NCBI GenBank assembly: GCA_016839805.1
Contig: JAEOTO010000003.1
Span: 1 to 64,000 of the forward strand
DNA: 64,000 nt
From: Candidatus Hermodarchaeota archaeon
Lineage (GTDB): Archaea; Asgardarchaeota; Hermodarchaeia; Hermodarchaeales; Hermodarchaeaceae
Direction: 5' to 3'
Shown: one piece after another, positions 49,829 to 59,025 of the stretch
Numbering within the stretch: position 1 is the first letter of the stretch
How the letters are laid out: each line of letters begins with the position of its first letter
Made by a program: the position numbers and the translations under genes
The notes under the pieces: model-generated
Told to the model about the DNA's origin: nothing
The model's database searches: none
What the model saw: the letters and a program-made list of their open reading frames with translations, nothing else

Positions 49829-49834
49829 TTTAAA
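49829..49834 (+). promoter_or_regulatory. TATA box of the tRNA-Ser gene
   Basis: TTTAAA preceded by an A-rich BRE-like segment, about 30 nt upstream of the tRNA. Confidence 0.5.
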
Positions 49835-49861
49835 GGCGCATATGAGGGAAAAGAACGCCGA

Positions 49862-49976
49862 GCCGCGGTAGCCAAGTGGTTTACGGCGCAGGCCTGGAAT
49901 TCATTCAATCGTGGAGGAAAACCAAACAGCCTGTGACCTTCGGGTCTCATGGGTTCGAATCCCATCCGCGGCGCCA
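49862..49976 (+). tRNA. tRNA-Ser(GGA) with 28-nt intron at 37/38 (49900-49927); CCA encoded
   Basis: Acceptor GCCGCGG/CCGCGGC-G-CCA, anticodon stem CAGGC/GCCTG, loop CT-GGA-A^A, long variable arm GACC-TTCG-GGTC, T-arm GGTTCGAATCC. Confidence 0.95.
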
Positions 49977-49999
49977 GTTCTCCTTCTAATTTGAGGATA

Positions 50000-52675
50000 T
50001 TAAGACTTACGTTTCCAGGCTGGAGGATAGGTTCCAGCAGGGATTACAACTCGCATTGTTTTTGCCACTATTCCCGAAGAAGCTTTGAGTATTTGTTGCG
50101 TTGATTGTTGCGCTATTGCCAAAGCAACGAGCTCAGTTTTAATGGTTAGAATAGCAACGGTATCTCCCGGTTTTATGTCATCATGGAGTTGCAGCACACC
50201 TGCCACAGCTAGGTTGGCACCATGGCATAATGCATCGACTGCTGTGTCTCGAATTACAATTTGAGGCAGGTGAGCCACGCCATCCTCCAAAGGGTGTAGA
50301 ATCAGACGGAGAGGTTGCTGGTCTTTCTCCTCTTGCCAGAAATGATAGGCATCGACTACATCATAGAGAGTTGCTAAGGTGGAATCTTCTTTGAAGGGTC
50401 CGGTTCGAGTGCGGCGAAGTTCAGCCATATGAGCTCCACCCCCAAGAGCTTCTCCAATATCATAGCAATTGCTTACAAACGCAGCACCATTCAATGCAAA
50501 ATTATGATGCTGGTTTACGGTTATATCATAGACATAATCGAAATCTGCAGTTGTTTTTTCAACCGCTTTGATTTCGTCCAGAAAGTATTTTGCATTTACT
50601 TGATTTTTCAATGCAATTAGGTCGAAATCGTTCTTAGGCACTACTTTTTGTAATGATTTGACTATTTTTGATAAAATCAGTCTGGTTGGTCTTTTACCTG
50701 TCAATAGTTGATTAAATGCTCCTCCTCTGTAAATTGAATTTTTTGATAACCCATATTGCTGAATTAAATTTTTGATATGGGTTACGCATGATATGGGCAT
50801 TAAGTCTTGTGAGCCATATGATTTGTATCGTGAAAAACGTGTTTCAAATTGCTTAATCTTTTTTTGTTTCTTAGGGTGTTTACATTTCATTAATTGGGAA
50901 AACCGAATTTTGTCAAAAGGCGATTTAATTATCACATGGTATTTTGGAGTTTTTCCACTCTCATCAAAGGTTGAACCTAGTCTTTCATATATCTTTGAAC
51001 GTATTCCAAGGCGTTTTAGTAGTAGAGCTAGTTGAACTGCAATATGATAAAAAGCTGTGTCGTATGCGATCTCTGTGTAAGGTGAATTCGTTTTAATAGT
51101 AACTGTTCCATCGCCATCAAAGTATCCTGACATGAAGTTTGAAATCATATCTTTTGAGAGAGAAGAAAGGTTTTCTAAATGCATAGTTTTCTTTGGACTC
51201 ATAATTCCAAGTTTTTTCGCAATGCCTGCAAGAACGGGATTATTTACCGTCACAAGAAATGTTCCAGAGATTTCTGATTGTCGAATGCTAGTTGCTGGAA
51301 AGAACCGATTTACTGTTTTAATGAAATATTGAATGAGTTTACTTTCTTGGTTGGTAAAAATTACCCTCGTAGGTCGTATGCATTTCTTTTCTTGGACCAC
51401 ACTACCATCAGACGCCACCAAACCTAGTAAGAATAGAAGTTCGGAATTAATTTTCTTCTCTGAAATTGAATAGTAAGCACCTCTCTCGCCTTTGAACGCT
51501 TCAACCATCTCGCAAACTGAAGTCCAATCTAGTCTAGTTTCCTCACAAACTTGGCGAAGATACTTAATTCGAATACCCATTCCTGTTTGGAGAAAGACTC
51601 GCCTGTCTATTCCAAGAATCCTACAGGCTTTTGTTACACTGCCAAACGCTTCTGAAAGGAATTTCTTGCATTGTTTTTTCAGTTCGTTTCCAAGGCAAAG
51701 GAAGTCCTGATCTAAAAGCTCTAGAAGATATGGGATTTTCTCATTTTTTTGAGTTAATTCTCGGGGGCTGAAAAGAAAGTTTCCTGGAACGATGTCTTCT
51801 GCATCTTTCAATAAAGGACCTTTGATATCATCAACTAGTATTTCATGGTCAGGAGTAACTTGGAGTCTAAGACCCGAATCAAGTTTGAGCCTGACCATTT
51901 CAGAAGGCGCTGGTAATTTTTGGACTGCGGTGATGGAGGAAGATTCAAGTTTGTGGTCGTGAAGATTTAAAGAAAGTGTCTCCAAAAATCCCAAATCTAA
52001 TTTATTGGAATTAGAAGAATCCAACCTTGAATCAACGACCTTCGAGATTTGGTGGAGACCTCCATTTTGTAAAAAGAGAAAAGAAGAGGGAGAAACACAT
52101 AACTTTCTGATGTAGGTTCCAGCTTGACAGCCGACGCGAAATAAGACGTTTTTCTCTTCAATTTCTAAGATATGTATGTAGTAGATTTGACGCGTACGAA
52201 CACGCCGTTTTACTGAGGAGCGAACAGGAGGTCGTTGATAAATCGTTCCTACAAACTCTGCTGCAACCTCACGAATTTTATCTGGAGATTCCTCTTGATG
52301 GAGCCGCATAACACAGACGTATTCTTTACCCGATGTAAGGAGTGCATTAGCAATTTTGGTGGAATTTCCAAGCATAACGGGAAGCACACCAGTGACCTGA
52401 GGGTCCAATGTTCCTGCGTGACCTGCTCGATCTAGACGTAGAATACGTTTTACCCAGGACACTACTTCATGGCTAGTCGGCCCAGGAGGCTTTTCTGGGC
52501 TTGTAAAAGGTCAATAACCTCTTAAAGGCAAGCTATCCAGATTGATGATCCCATCCCGAAATAACTCAGGAATGGTTCGCTCCTGTGGAACACGACCATA
52601 AGCCGGATTCGTAGTATCCTCGGCACGCGTTACCAGTTTCCGTTTCTTATCTGCAGGCAGCCGCGGCTTTGTCAC
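50000..52675 (-). CDS. cbf5: Cbf5 (TruB-family H/ACA pseudouridine synthase): join(52675..52535, 52492..50000), containing an intein
   Basis: GAGGAGG SD then GTG at 52675. Exon 1 ends GIINLD; exon 2 begins [15 protein letters not shown]; [24 protein letters not shown] and PUA domain follow. Confidence 0.95.
50468..52099 (-). mobile_element. Intein (544 aa) with LAGLIDADG homing endonuclease in cbf5
   Basis: N-junction RKL/CVSP; block [10 protein letters not shown]; LLGLVASDG and [10 protein letters not shown]; block F VYDITV..HNF; C-junction VSN/CYD; visibly AT-richer than the exteins. Confidence 0.93.
52493..52534 (-). other. 42-nt bulge-helix-bulge mRNA intron in cbf5
   Basis: CTGG-AT^A-GCTTG...CAAGC-CCAG-AA^A. 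Cutting after the second nt of each 3-nt bulge restores GAT-AAG (D-K). Contains an in-frame TGA. Confidence 0.9.
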
Positions 52676-52712
52676 ACTGAGGACCTCCTCAACCCCATCA
52701 CAGGGGGCTCAG

Positions 52713-52988
52713 CTACTCTTTGTCTATCTCTTTCATAAAGGGCGTGAGCTTTGCACTCGAAATCGCCTTCGTGATTTCCTTGTTATCAGCACTGGCTTTG
52801 ATTTTAATTGTCTTTTTTGTCGGCGTTATGTGATCGACATTAGATCGCCGTCGACGGACTCCGGTTATTTCCGGAGGGCCAGTAATGAGTACGAAATTCT
52901 TGTCAATTCGTTCTACAACAACACATTTTCTACCCGATTCTCGACCATGGGTCTTAACACAAATTCTTCCAACTTCAACTAAGCTCAT
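52713..52988 (-). CDS. rpl14e: 50S ribosomal protein L14e
   Basis: EVGRICVK..GRESG.KCVVV..IDKNFVLITGP..GVRRRR.N. Confidence 0.96.
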   Translation of the reverse strand: MSLVEVGRICVKTHGRESGRKCVVVERIDKNFVLITGPPEITGVRRRRSNVDHITPTKKTIKIKASADNKEITKAISSAKLTPFMKEIDKE

Positions 52989-53041
52989 GACGAATATACC
53001 TCCACCGGTTGACAGTCAGCTGTTGTGTTGCCGCAACAGCT

Positions 53042-53596
53042 TCATTCAGTTGTCGTCCCAGAGGACGCAAGGTACGCCTTCACCGCCGCTATACATAACT
53101 CTATCGTCGATGCAGCATTCCAACGTTCTGTATTCAAAATGAGGTCATAAAACCGTGTGTTTGAGACATCGATGCCATAAAATTCATGAAATCGCTGTTG
53201 TTCACTTTCTTCGCGGATTCGTGTTTCCTTTAATACTTCTTCATAGGATCGGTTTTCACGATTGGCAATACGAAGTGCGCGAACTTCAATAGAGGCATTT
53301 AAGTAGATTTTCAGATCAGCAAACCGACGGGCAACCCATCCAGCAATGTATGCATCAATAACAACATTACCCTTTTCAGCTTCACGTTGAGTGCGCTTAT
53401 CGATTTCTTGGTCAATCTTTGGATCCTTTTCAGCGATTTGGCTTAGCTCACCTAAAGAAACCTCTTTTTCTTTGGCGAGCTGTCGAAAAAGCATTCCCGC
53501 AGAGATGTAACGAAGATTAAAGGTATCTGCAAGGGCACAAGCGATCGTTGTGGTACCTGCTCCGTGTAAACCACTGACCGCGATTGTCAAGGTCAT
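53042..53596 (-). CDS. cmk: Cytidylate kinase (archaeal type)
   Basis: SGLHGAGTTT, SAG.LFR..A, RF...YGID. Confidence 0.92.
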   Translation of the reverse strand: MTLTIAVSGLHGAGTTTIACALADTFNLRYISAGMLFRQLAKEKEVSLGELSQIAEKDPKIDQEIDKRTQREAEKGNVVIDAYIAGWVARRFADLKIYLNASIEVRALRIANRENRSYEEVLKETRIREESEQQRFHEFYGIDVSNTRFYDLILNTERWNAASTIELCIAAVKAYLASSGTTTE

Positions 53597-53617
53597 GGCA
53601 AACCCTCCACACCCAAT

Positions 53618-54262
53618 CTACATGCCTGGTGTCATGCCTGACGTCATACTGGTGCCAAGAAGTTTTTGGATAACCATGTTCATAGTAAAACTGCAGATGA
53701 TATACCAGTAAATATAGAGTAATCCCATTCCACCCAAGGGAACCCCTGGCCACTGTCCAAACTGCCAGCCGAACCCCACGCCCAGAGGACCCAATATCTG
53801 CGCAAAATTAAGTGGAGACCAAATTACCGGACCAGGAATTGCTGCACCAGGGAAGGTGATTCCAGGATCAACAAAAACCCCGTTCATGACAGTATAGATA
53901 ATGATGAAGGGAAGGATAGTAATCAACATCGGGAAACAAGATTGTTTACTGACCTCCCCCTGGAGTTTCATAACATAACGTTCACGGCGTTTAACCTTCA
54001 AATCGAGTTTCCGTTTCACCTTTGGATCGGTTTCTTCTTTAGCTCGCTTCTTCATATCCTGCCATTTCTTGATTTCTTCACGAGACCGTTTCAATCGGTC
54101 GTAGTCAATGAAACGACGATTAACGAGGTTTGACGTCAAAGAAACGATAAGGCTGATCGTCATAACAACAACAGCAGCCAGAGGTGGATAGGCCCATGGT
54201 CCCAGCATTAATCGTATAGCGAGCGCCAAATCGATAAGAGGATTAAATTGCACAGCTATCAC
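53618..54262 (-). CDS. EMC3/TMCO1 (DUF106, Oxa1-superfamily) membrane insertase
   Basis: TM, coiled coil, PM.IT.LP, WYIICSF; synteny after adk. Confidence 0.85.
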   Translation of the reverse strand: MIAVQFNPLIDLALAIRLMLGPWAYPPLAAVVVMTISLIVSLTSNLVNRRFIDYDRLKRSREEIKKWQDMKKRAKEETDPKVKRKLDLKVKRRERYVMKLQGEVSKQSCFPMLITILPFIIIYTVMNGVFVDPGITFPGAAIPGPVIWSPLNFAQILGPLGVGFGWQFGQWPGVPLGGMGLLYIYWYIICSFTMNMVIQKLLGTSMTSGMTPGM

Positions 54263-54861
54263 ACCTTCAAGAGTAGCTCAGCAAAGGCAGTTGCAGCTTC
54301 TTCTGCTTTACCCTCTACATTCTTAAGAATCATAACGGTCGCACCAGTCAAAGTCCCAACAGCGATTGCCGCAGATCTGCAAAGAAATTGATGGGTTGCT
54401 ATACTCTCAACCAGTTGTGCATCACGAGTTCGAGAAGCATCCTTAACGCGGCGTTTTGCAATATTCTCAGGATCAGCCTCTACCAGTACAATCGAGGCAG
54501 GTCGAAGCGCTTCAGCCACCCATTGGGGTAAACCGATAAGAAACCCGCCCTCAGCCGTCTGAATCAACGTGTGAGTATCCACCACCACAACCTGTGATCG
54601 ACTCATCGCAGCAATTCGTTCACCTGCAAGTTTCTGGACTTCACGCTGCTTCTTAATCGGTAACAATCGTAATTCATCCCGACTTTCCACAAGACGCCGC
54701 TTCTGTGCAATCTCAAACATAACAGATCCATAGGTGACAAGGGAGACGTTAAGCCGATCCTGCACTTTTCGAATCGCATCAGTAACTACTGTCGTTTTCC
54801 CAACGCCAGGAACACCACTGACCACAACGACCTTACGCACTTGCACACAACCGACCTCCAC
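54259..54861 (-). CDS. adk: Adenylate kinase (archaeal type)
   Basis: GVPGVGKTT, YGSVM, RDELR, VDTH, GLP, RR..D.SR.RD. Confidence 0.95.
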   Translation of the reverse strand: MEVGCVQVRKVVVVSGVPGVGKTTVVTDAIRKVQDRLNVSLVTYGSVMFEIAQKRRLVESRDELRLLPIKKQREVQKLAGERIAAMSRSQVVVVDTHTLIQTAEGGFLIGLPQWVAEALRPASIVLVEADPENIAKRRVKDASRTRDAQLVESIATHQFLCRSAAIAVGTLTGATVMILKNVEGKAEEAATAFAELLLKV

Positions 54862-54941
54862 CAGAGAGATGGCACCATCTCTGCCACAGCCTTAAGAGCT
54901 TTTCGAGCCTTTCAATCCACATCATAAAAATGAATGCAACG

Positions 54942-56522
54942 TTACTCCAAGCCAAGGAGACCACGCATCATCGGATGCATCTCACCTAACTGCTCCTTCG
55001 CAAGTATCTCGAAATATTGCCGCATTATGCCTACGGCTAGAAGTATGCCGATGCCTGTGCTTAATGTTCCTAGTAAGTCGGCGAAAGCGGCGAGGGCGCC
55101 GATGATGAGTCCGCCAAGGATAGCGACGACGGGGATGTAGCGGTTGAGGATTTTTTCGATGACGGCAGGTGATCGTCGGAAACCGGGAACTTGCATGCCA
55201 GCGCCAATGAGTTGGCGGGAGACGTCGCGTGGAGATATGCCGGATACATCGATCCAGAGTCGGGCGAATCCTGCGCAGAAAAGCATGAGGAGGAGGGCAT
55301 AGCCGACGGCTTGGAGTCCTCCGGTGATTTCGAGGAGGCCACCGATTCCGGTTGGTGGTGTGAGGAACCAGACGAAGCATATGGGATCTGGAACAAGATA
55401 GTTTGTTCCTGTAGGCTGGGTGTATCTTGCGATGAGTTGGAACCAGAAGGCAAAGGGGCTAGCTCCAGGCGATCCTGGAACAAGGTTAAGTCCAAGGGCA
55501 GGATTGGTCCAAAGTATTTGGGTGATGAAAAGGATGTTAGCATAGAGAGCTTGGGTGAAGATGACGGGTATGTTGGAGACGTAGAGCAGTTTGATGGGAT
55601 ACTGTCCGCGGAAGCCCCGGTATCGGGCATATTGTAAGGGGATATTCACCCTGAATGATTCCATATAGATTACAAGGACAAAGACGAGGAACGTCGTGAA
55701 GACACCGAGCATACTGGCTCTTGGATTGCCAGGTCTGATCCAGATGATGTATGGATTTGCGATTGGTGCATCCACATTGAAAACAGGATCCCAGATATAT
55801 GCAGGGTTCCAGCCTACTGAGGCGAGAGCGTTTAGATTTTGGACTGTAAAGGGGAGAATCCCAGAGAAGCCCACGAAGTTTTCGTGTGCTCCGAAGGGGA
55901 TATCAGCGCTTTGGGCGGGTGTGATAGAAAACATGCCCCAGAGAATTTGGGTGCAGACGTTAGCCATGATGAAGAGGCTGACACCGCTGCCGAGTCCCCA
56001 GCCCTTCTGGATAGTCTCGTCCATGAGGATGACAATTATTCCTGAGAACATGAGTTGGAGCAACACTAGTATGGCGGCGCCGATGGGGAGTTGGTCGGTA
56101 CCAAGTGCGCCGTAAGCTCCTGCGAAGATGTAGGCCACAGCTTGAAAGGCAGTCATGAAAACGGCGAGGACCTTTTGGGCACCAGTATAGAGTGACCGTT
56201 GATAAGGGTCAGACATATCTACGCGAATGAGTTGGCTGCCTACCAAGAGTTGCATAATCAGGCCAGCAGTTACAATAGGTCCGATACCCAGTTCCATTAG
56301 GGTGCCGCGTTGCGAGGCTAAAATTGTCCGAAGCCAGAAGAAATAGTCAAACCCTAATTCCGGTTGGATTCCATAGAGGGGCAGATTTGCCATGATGAGA
56401 TAGATAATGAGGATGATTGCAGTCCAGGCGAATTTTTCACGGAAAGAGACCTTGCGGTCGGGTGCCTTGACTTCTGGCATGATGCGAACCAATGGACGCA
56501 GTGCGTTAAGAAAACGACTCAT
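54942..56522 (-). CDS. secY: Preprotein translocase SecY/Sec61alpha
   Basis: GTLMELGIGPIVTAGLIMQLL, GLGSGVSLFI, YPIKLLYVSNIP, PGFR, GIGILLAV. Confidence 0.97.
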   Translation of the reverse strand: MSRFLNALRPLVRIMPEVKAPDRKVSFREKFAWTAIILIIYLIMANLPLYGIQPELGFDYFFWLRTILASQRGTLMELGIGPIVTAGLIMQLLVGSQLIRVDMSDPYQRSLYTGAQKVLAVFMTAFQAVAYIFAGAYGALGTDQLPIGAAILVLLQLMFSGIIVILMDETIQKGWGLGSGVSLFIMANVCTQILWGMFSITPAQSADIPFGAHENFVGFSGILPFTVQNLNALASVGWNPAYIWDPVFNVDAPIANPYIIWIRPGNPRASMLGVFTTFLVFVLVIYMESFRVNIPLQYARYRGFRGQYPIKLLYVSNIPVIFTQALYANILFITQILWTNPALGLNLVPGSPGASPFAFWFQLIARYTQPTGTNYLVPDPICFVWFLTPPTGIGGLLEITGGLQAVGYALLLMLFCAGFARLWIDVSGISPRDVSRQLIGAGMQVPGFRRSPAVIEKILNRYIPVVAILGGLIIGALAAFADLLGTLSTGIGILLAVGIMRQYFEILAKEQLGEMHPMMRGLLGLE

Positions 56523-56613
56523 GCCGGTTACCCCATTCTACTCCGAGTTTCCATTTATTTGAAATAGTAGGTTGCGACAGCTGAGATAAATTACACTTTA
56601 ATTGTGTTTTGGT

Positions 56614-57285
56614 TCAGGTCTTGGATTTACCTTTTGTAGCTGTCGCTCGTTTAGTTTTTGGTTTGGTAGTCATACTTTTTTTAGCAGATTTGGCTTTGGG
56701 AGTGGTTTTTCTTGATTTTGTTGTTGGTGTGGTCTTTGGTTTAGCTTTGACCTTGGTCTTAGACTTAACCTTCGGTTTTCTTTTAGCCTTCGGCTTGGGT
56801 TCTGGTTTAGGTTGTAGTGAGGGAGCCGGGTGTTTGGTTGGCTCCTGGATTTTTCCTTTCGTACTACCTCCCGCCGCCTTAATTTTTTCAGCTGCCCGAT
56901 GAGTGAAGAGTTGAGCCGTCACTGCTAAGGGAATAGTGATTGTTCCAGTCCCCATGACCTTATCGTAACCGTGTTCGGTTAGGTTAATGGAAATGGGGGC
57001 ACCCTTTGCTGGAGGTTTCCCCTCAGTAAATTTCGGTAGATTCCGCACAATGTCTTTAATGTTGATGATCTGAAATGATTGGCGAAGTTTTGTTGGTCGA
57101 CTGAACCCGTGTTTTCCAAATCGGTCAGGGTCCTTTGCTGTTACATAGGTCCAATCGTGCTTTTTTCCGCCGGTTTTACCTTTGCCACCACGTTGACCGC
57201 CTTTTCGATGTTGACCAACACGACCGTATCCGTGACTTCGGCTGCCACGGCGTTGACGGACCCGTTTCGGTTTACGTACTACCAT
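56614..57285 (-). CDS. rpl15: 50S ribosomal protein L15 with Lys/Thr/Pro-rich C-terminal tail
   Basis: RGSRSHGYG..GQHR..G.RGG, FGKHGF, AAEKIKAAGG. Confidence 0.95.
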   Translation of the reverse strand: MVVRKPKRVRQRRGSRSHGYGRVGQHRKGGQRGGKGKTGGKKHDWTYVTAKDPDRFGKHGFSRPTKLRQSFQIINIKDIVRNLPKFTEGKPPAKGAPISINLTEHGYDKVMGTGTITIPLAVTAQLFTHRAAEKIKAAGGSTKGKIQEPTKHPAPSLQPKPEPKPKAKRKPKVKSKTKVKAKPKTTPTTKSRKTTPKAKSAKKSMTTKPKTKRATATKGKSKT

Positions 57286-57304
57286 AATTATTCGCTCCTG
57301 ATGT

Positions 57305-57847
57305 TTACCGTTTTTTGAGTTGGATCTCTAGGATTCCATTATTGTAGGTTGTTTTTACTGAATTTTTGTCAACTGCTGCAGGAAGATCAAGATCTTTAGC
57401 ATACTTGCGATCAGAACTGGCAACTTGAATTGTAACACTGTAATCCTCGACTTTGACTTGTAGGTCATCTTCCTTAACTCCAGGTAGTTCGGCTAAGATG
57501 ATGATGTCGTTATCCTGTTCCATTACATCAATCATGGGTTCACGTTCTTCTCGAACTACAGGAGGTGCACCTTCAGGGTTGAGGTTACCAAAGGGATTCA
57601 GTCGCATTTTCCCATCTGGTCCGAGTGCAGCAGAAAATCCCCATACCATTGGATTCTTTTGTAGGTGTTTTAGGATTTCTTCAAATTGATTCTGTGCATC
57701 GGGCCCAAAGAGTTCTTCAGGGTCGGTTTCTGAGAACATTTTCATGATTTCTTCGAACATCTGTTGTATGGCTTCGAACTGCATGTTGAATGAGTCGTCA
57801 TCCCACCAACGTTTGCGTTTCTTTCGATCTTCTTCCTCTGAGGGCAA
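57305..57847 (-). CDS. Small heat-shock protein (Hsp20)
   Basis: WGFS...GPDG, EREPMIDV, AELPGV, YNNGILEIQLKK. Confidence 0.93.
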   Translation of the reverse strand: MPSEEEDRKKRKRWWDDDSFNMQFEAIQQMFEEIMKMFSETDPEELFGPDAQNQFEEILKHLQKNPMVWGFSAALGPDGKMRLNPFGNLNPEGAPPVVREEREPMIDVMEQDNDIIILAELPGVKEDDLQVKVEDYSVTIQVASSDRKYAKDLDLPAAVDKNSVKTTYNNGILEIQLKKR

Positions 57848-57884
57848 TTTTAATCCAACCTTTCTTAGTAATAGTAATTTTCCT

Positions 57885-58379
57885 TCATGACATCCGTTGT
57901 ACTAAGGTGTTGATATCGGTTCCTCGATATCCTAGTTCTCCTTTCTGTTGAAATGTGTGTTTAATACTCCCTTTGAATCCCTTCGATGGAGGGCGTAATC
58001 GGAAGACTTTCTTCAATTTGGGAAGTGTAGAAATTTCAGCTTTTAATGACACGATAGCTGCAGCATATTCGTCCACAGTCTTGAATTTGGTATACTTAGC
58101 TACGTACTCGTCGGTAACTCGTTTATCTCCTCTAAGTCTGCCACGTTTGCGTAAGAGCTTTGTTAATGTAGGGACATCTAGTTCTCCCCATGTGATAGCA
58201 TCTTTGGCTTTTTGTAGCATCCCCAGATATGAGGGGCGCTTATCAATAACCACTGCATGATTAACCCGAGATAGACTTAGCTGGGATAAAGTCTCCTTAG
58301 ATTCTTGGCGTAGTCCGATACCACTCCGAATTCGAACGACTATCATGGGCGTATTCGAGTCCTTGGATTCTTCCGACAT
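57885..58379 (-). CDS. rpl30: 50S ribosomal protein L30
   Basis: VVRIR, GMLQK...TWGE, FRLRPP..GF, GELGYRG. Confidence 0.95.
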   Translation of the reverse strand: MSEESKDSNTPMIVVRIRSGIGLRQESKETLSQLSLSRVNHAVVIDKRPSYLGMLQKAKDAITWGELDVPTLTKLLRKRGRLRGDKRVTDEYVAKYTKFKTVDEYAAAIVSLKAEISTLPKLKKVFRLRPPSKGFKGSIKHTFQQKGELGYRGTDINTLVQRMS

Positions 58380-58380
58380 A

Positions 58381-59025
58381 CTATTCTCTCCTTGTCCAAT
58401 CGTGTGGGGACATGATTCGATTGGTTTCTTTCAATGCTCCGAAAACTGAATGGGCAAAGTTCAAAGTGGTTCGTGTGTGACCACGAGTGCGGGACCAAAC
58501 ATCGTGAATGCCAGCAAGCCGTAGTACAACCTTAATAGTATCGGCTGTGACTAATCCGACGCCTTTCGGTGCTGGTAATAAGGTTAGCCGAACACTTCCG
58601 GTTTTTCCCTTCACTCGAAACGGAATGGAATGGGGGTCATGACATCCACATTCCCAACTACCACACCCCCGGCGAACTGAGATAATATTCAGTTTAGCCC
58701 TGAGTATTGCTTTACGAATAGCGGGTCCAATCTCTGGGGCCTTGCTTTCACCAATTCCTACAAAACCCTTTTCGTTCCCAACAATTACTGTAGCTTTGAA
58801 ACGGGATTTCTCACCAGCATCTGTTTGTTTCTGAACAAGGTTGATGTCGATGACTTCTTCTTGTAAATCAGGTAAGAGGGCATCGATGATTTCTGGTTCC
58901 TTGATAGGTAACGCGAGGTGAAAAAGGTCTTCAATGGAGGTGATTTCACCGGCTTTCACTTGTCGTCCGACTTTGGTAACTGGTTCCCATTCTTCAATGA
59001 TGAATTGCCGTGGGCGTCGACTCAT
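58381..59025 (-). CDS. rps5: 30S ribosomal protein S5
   Basis: [32 protein letters not shown]. Confidence 0.97.
   Translation of the reverse strand: MSRRPRQFIIEEWEPVTKVGRQVKAGEITSIEDLFHLALPIKEPEIIDALLPDLQEEVIDINLVQKQTDAGEKSRFKATVIVGNEKGFVGIGESKAPEIGPAIRKAILRAKLNIISVRRGCGSWECGCHDPHSIPFRVKGKTGSVRLTLLPAPKGVGLVTADTIKVVLRLAGIHDVWSRTRGHTRTTLNFAHSVFGALKETNRIMSPHDWTRRE

Noticed and set aside
52493-52534. cbf5 as a pseudogene, or the TGA as selenocysteine
   Set aside because: The 14 extra codons split the invariant LDKP motif and form a splice structure that restores it exactly; the rest of the gene is intact
54982-56115. Several overlapping alternative-frame ORFs within secY
   Set aside because: Explained by stop-codon depletion from the local C/A wobble bias; low-complexity translations
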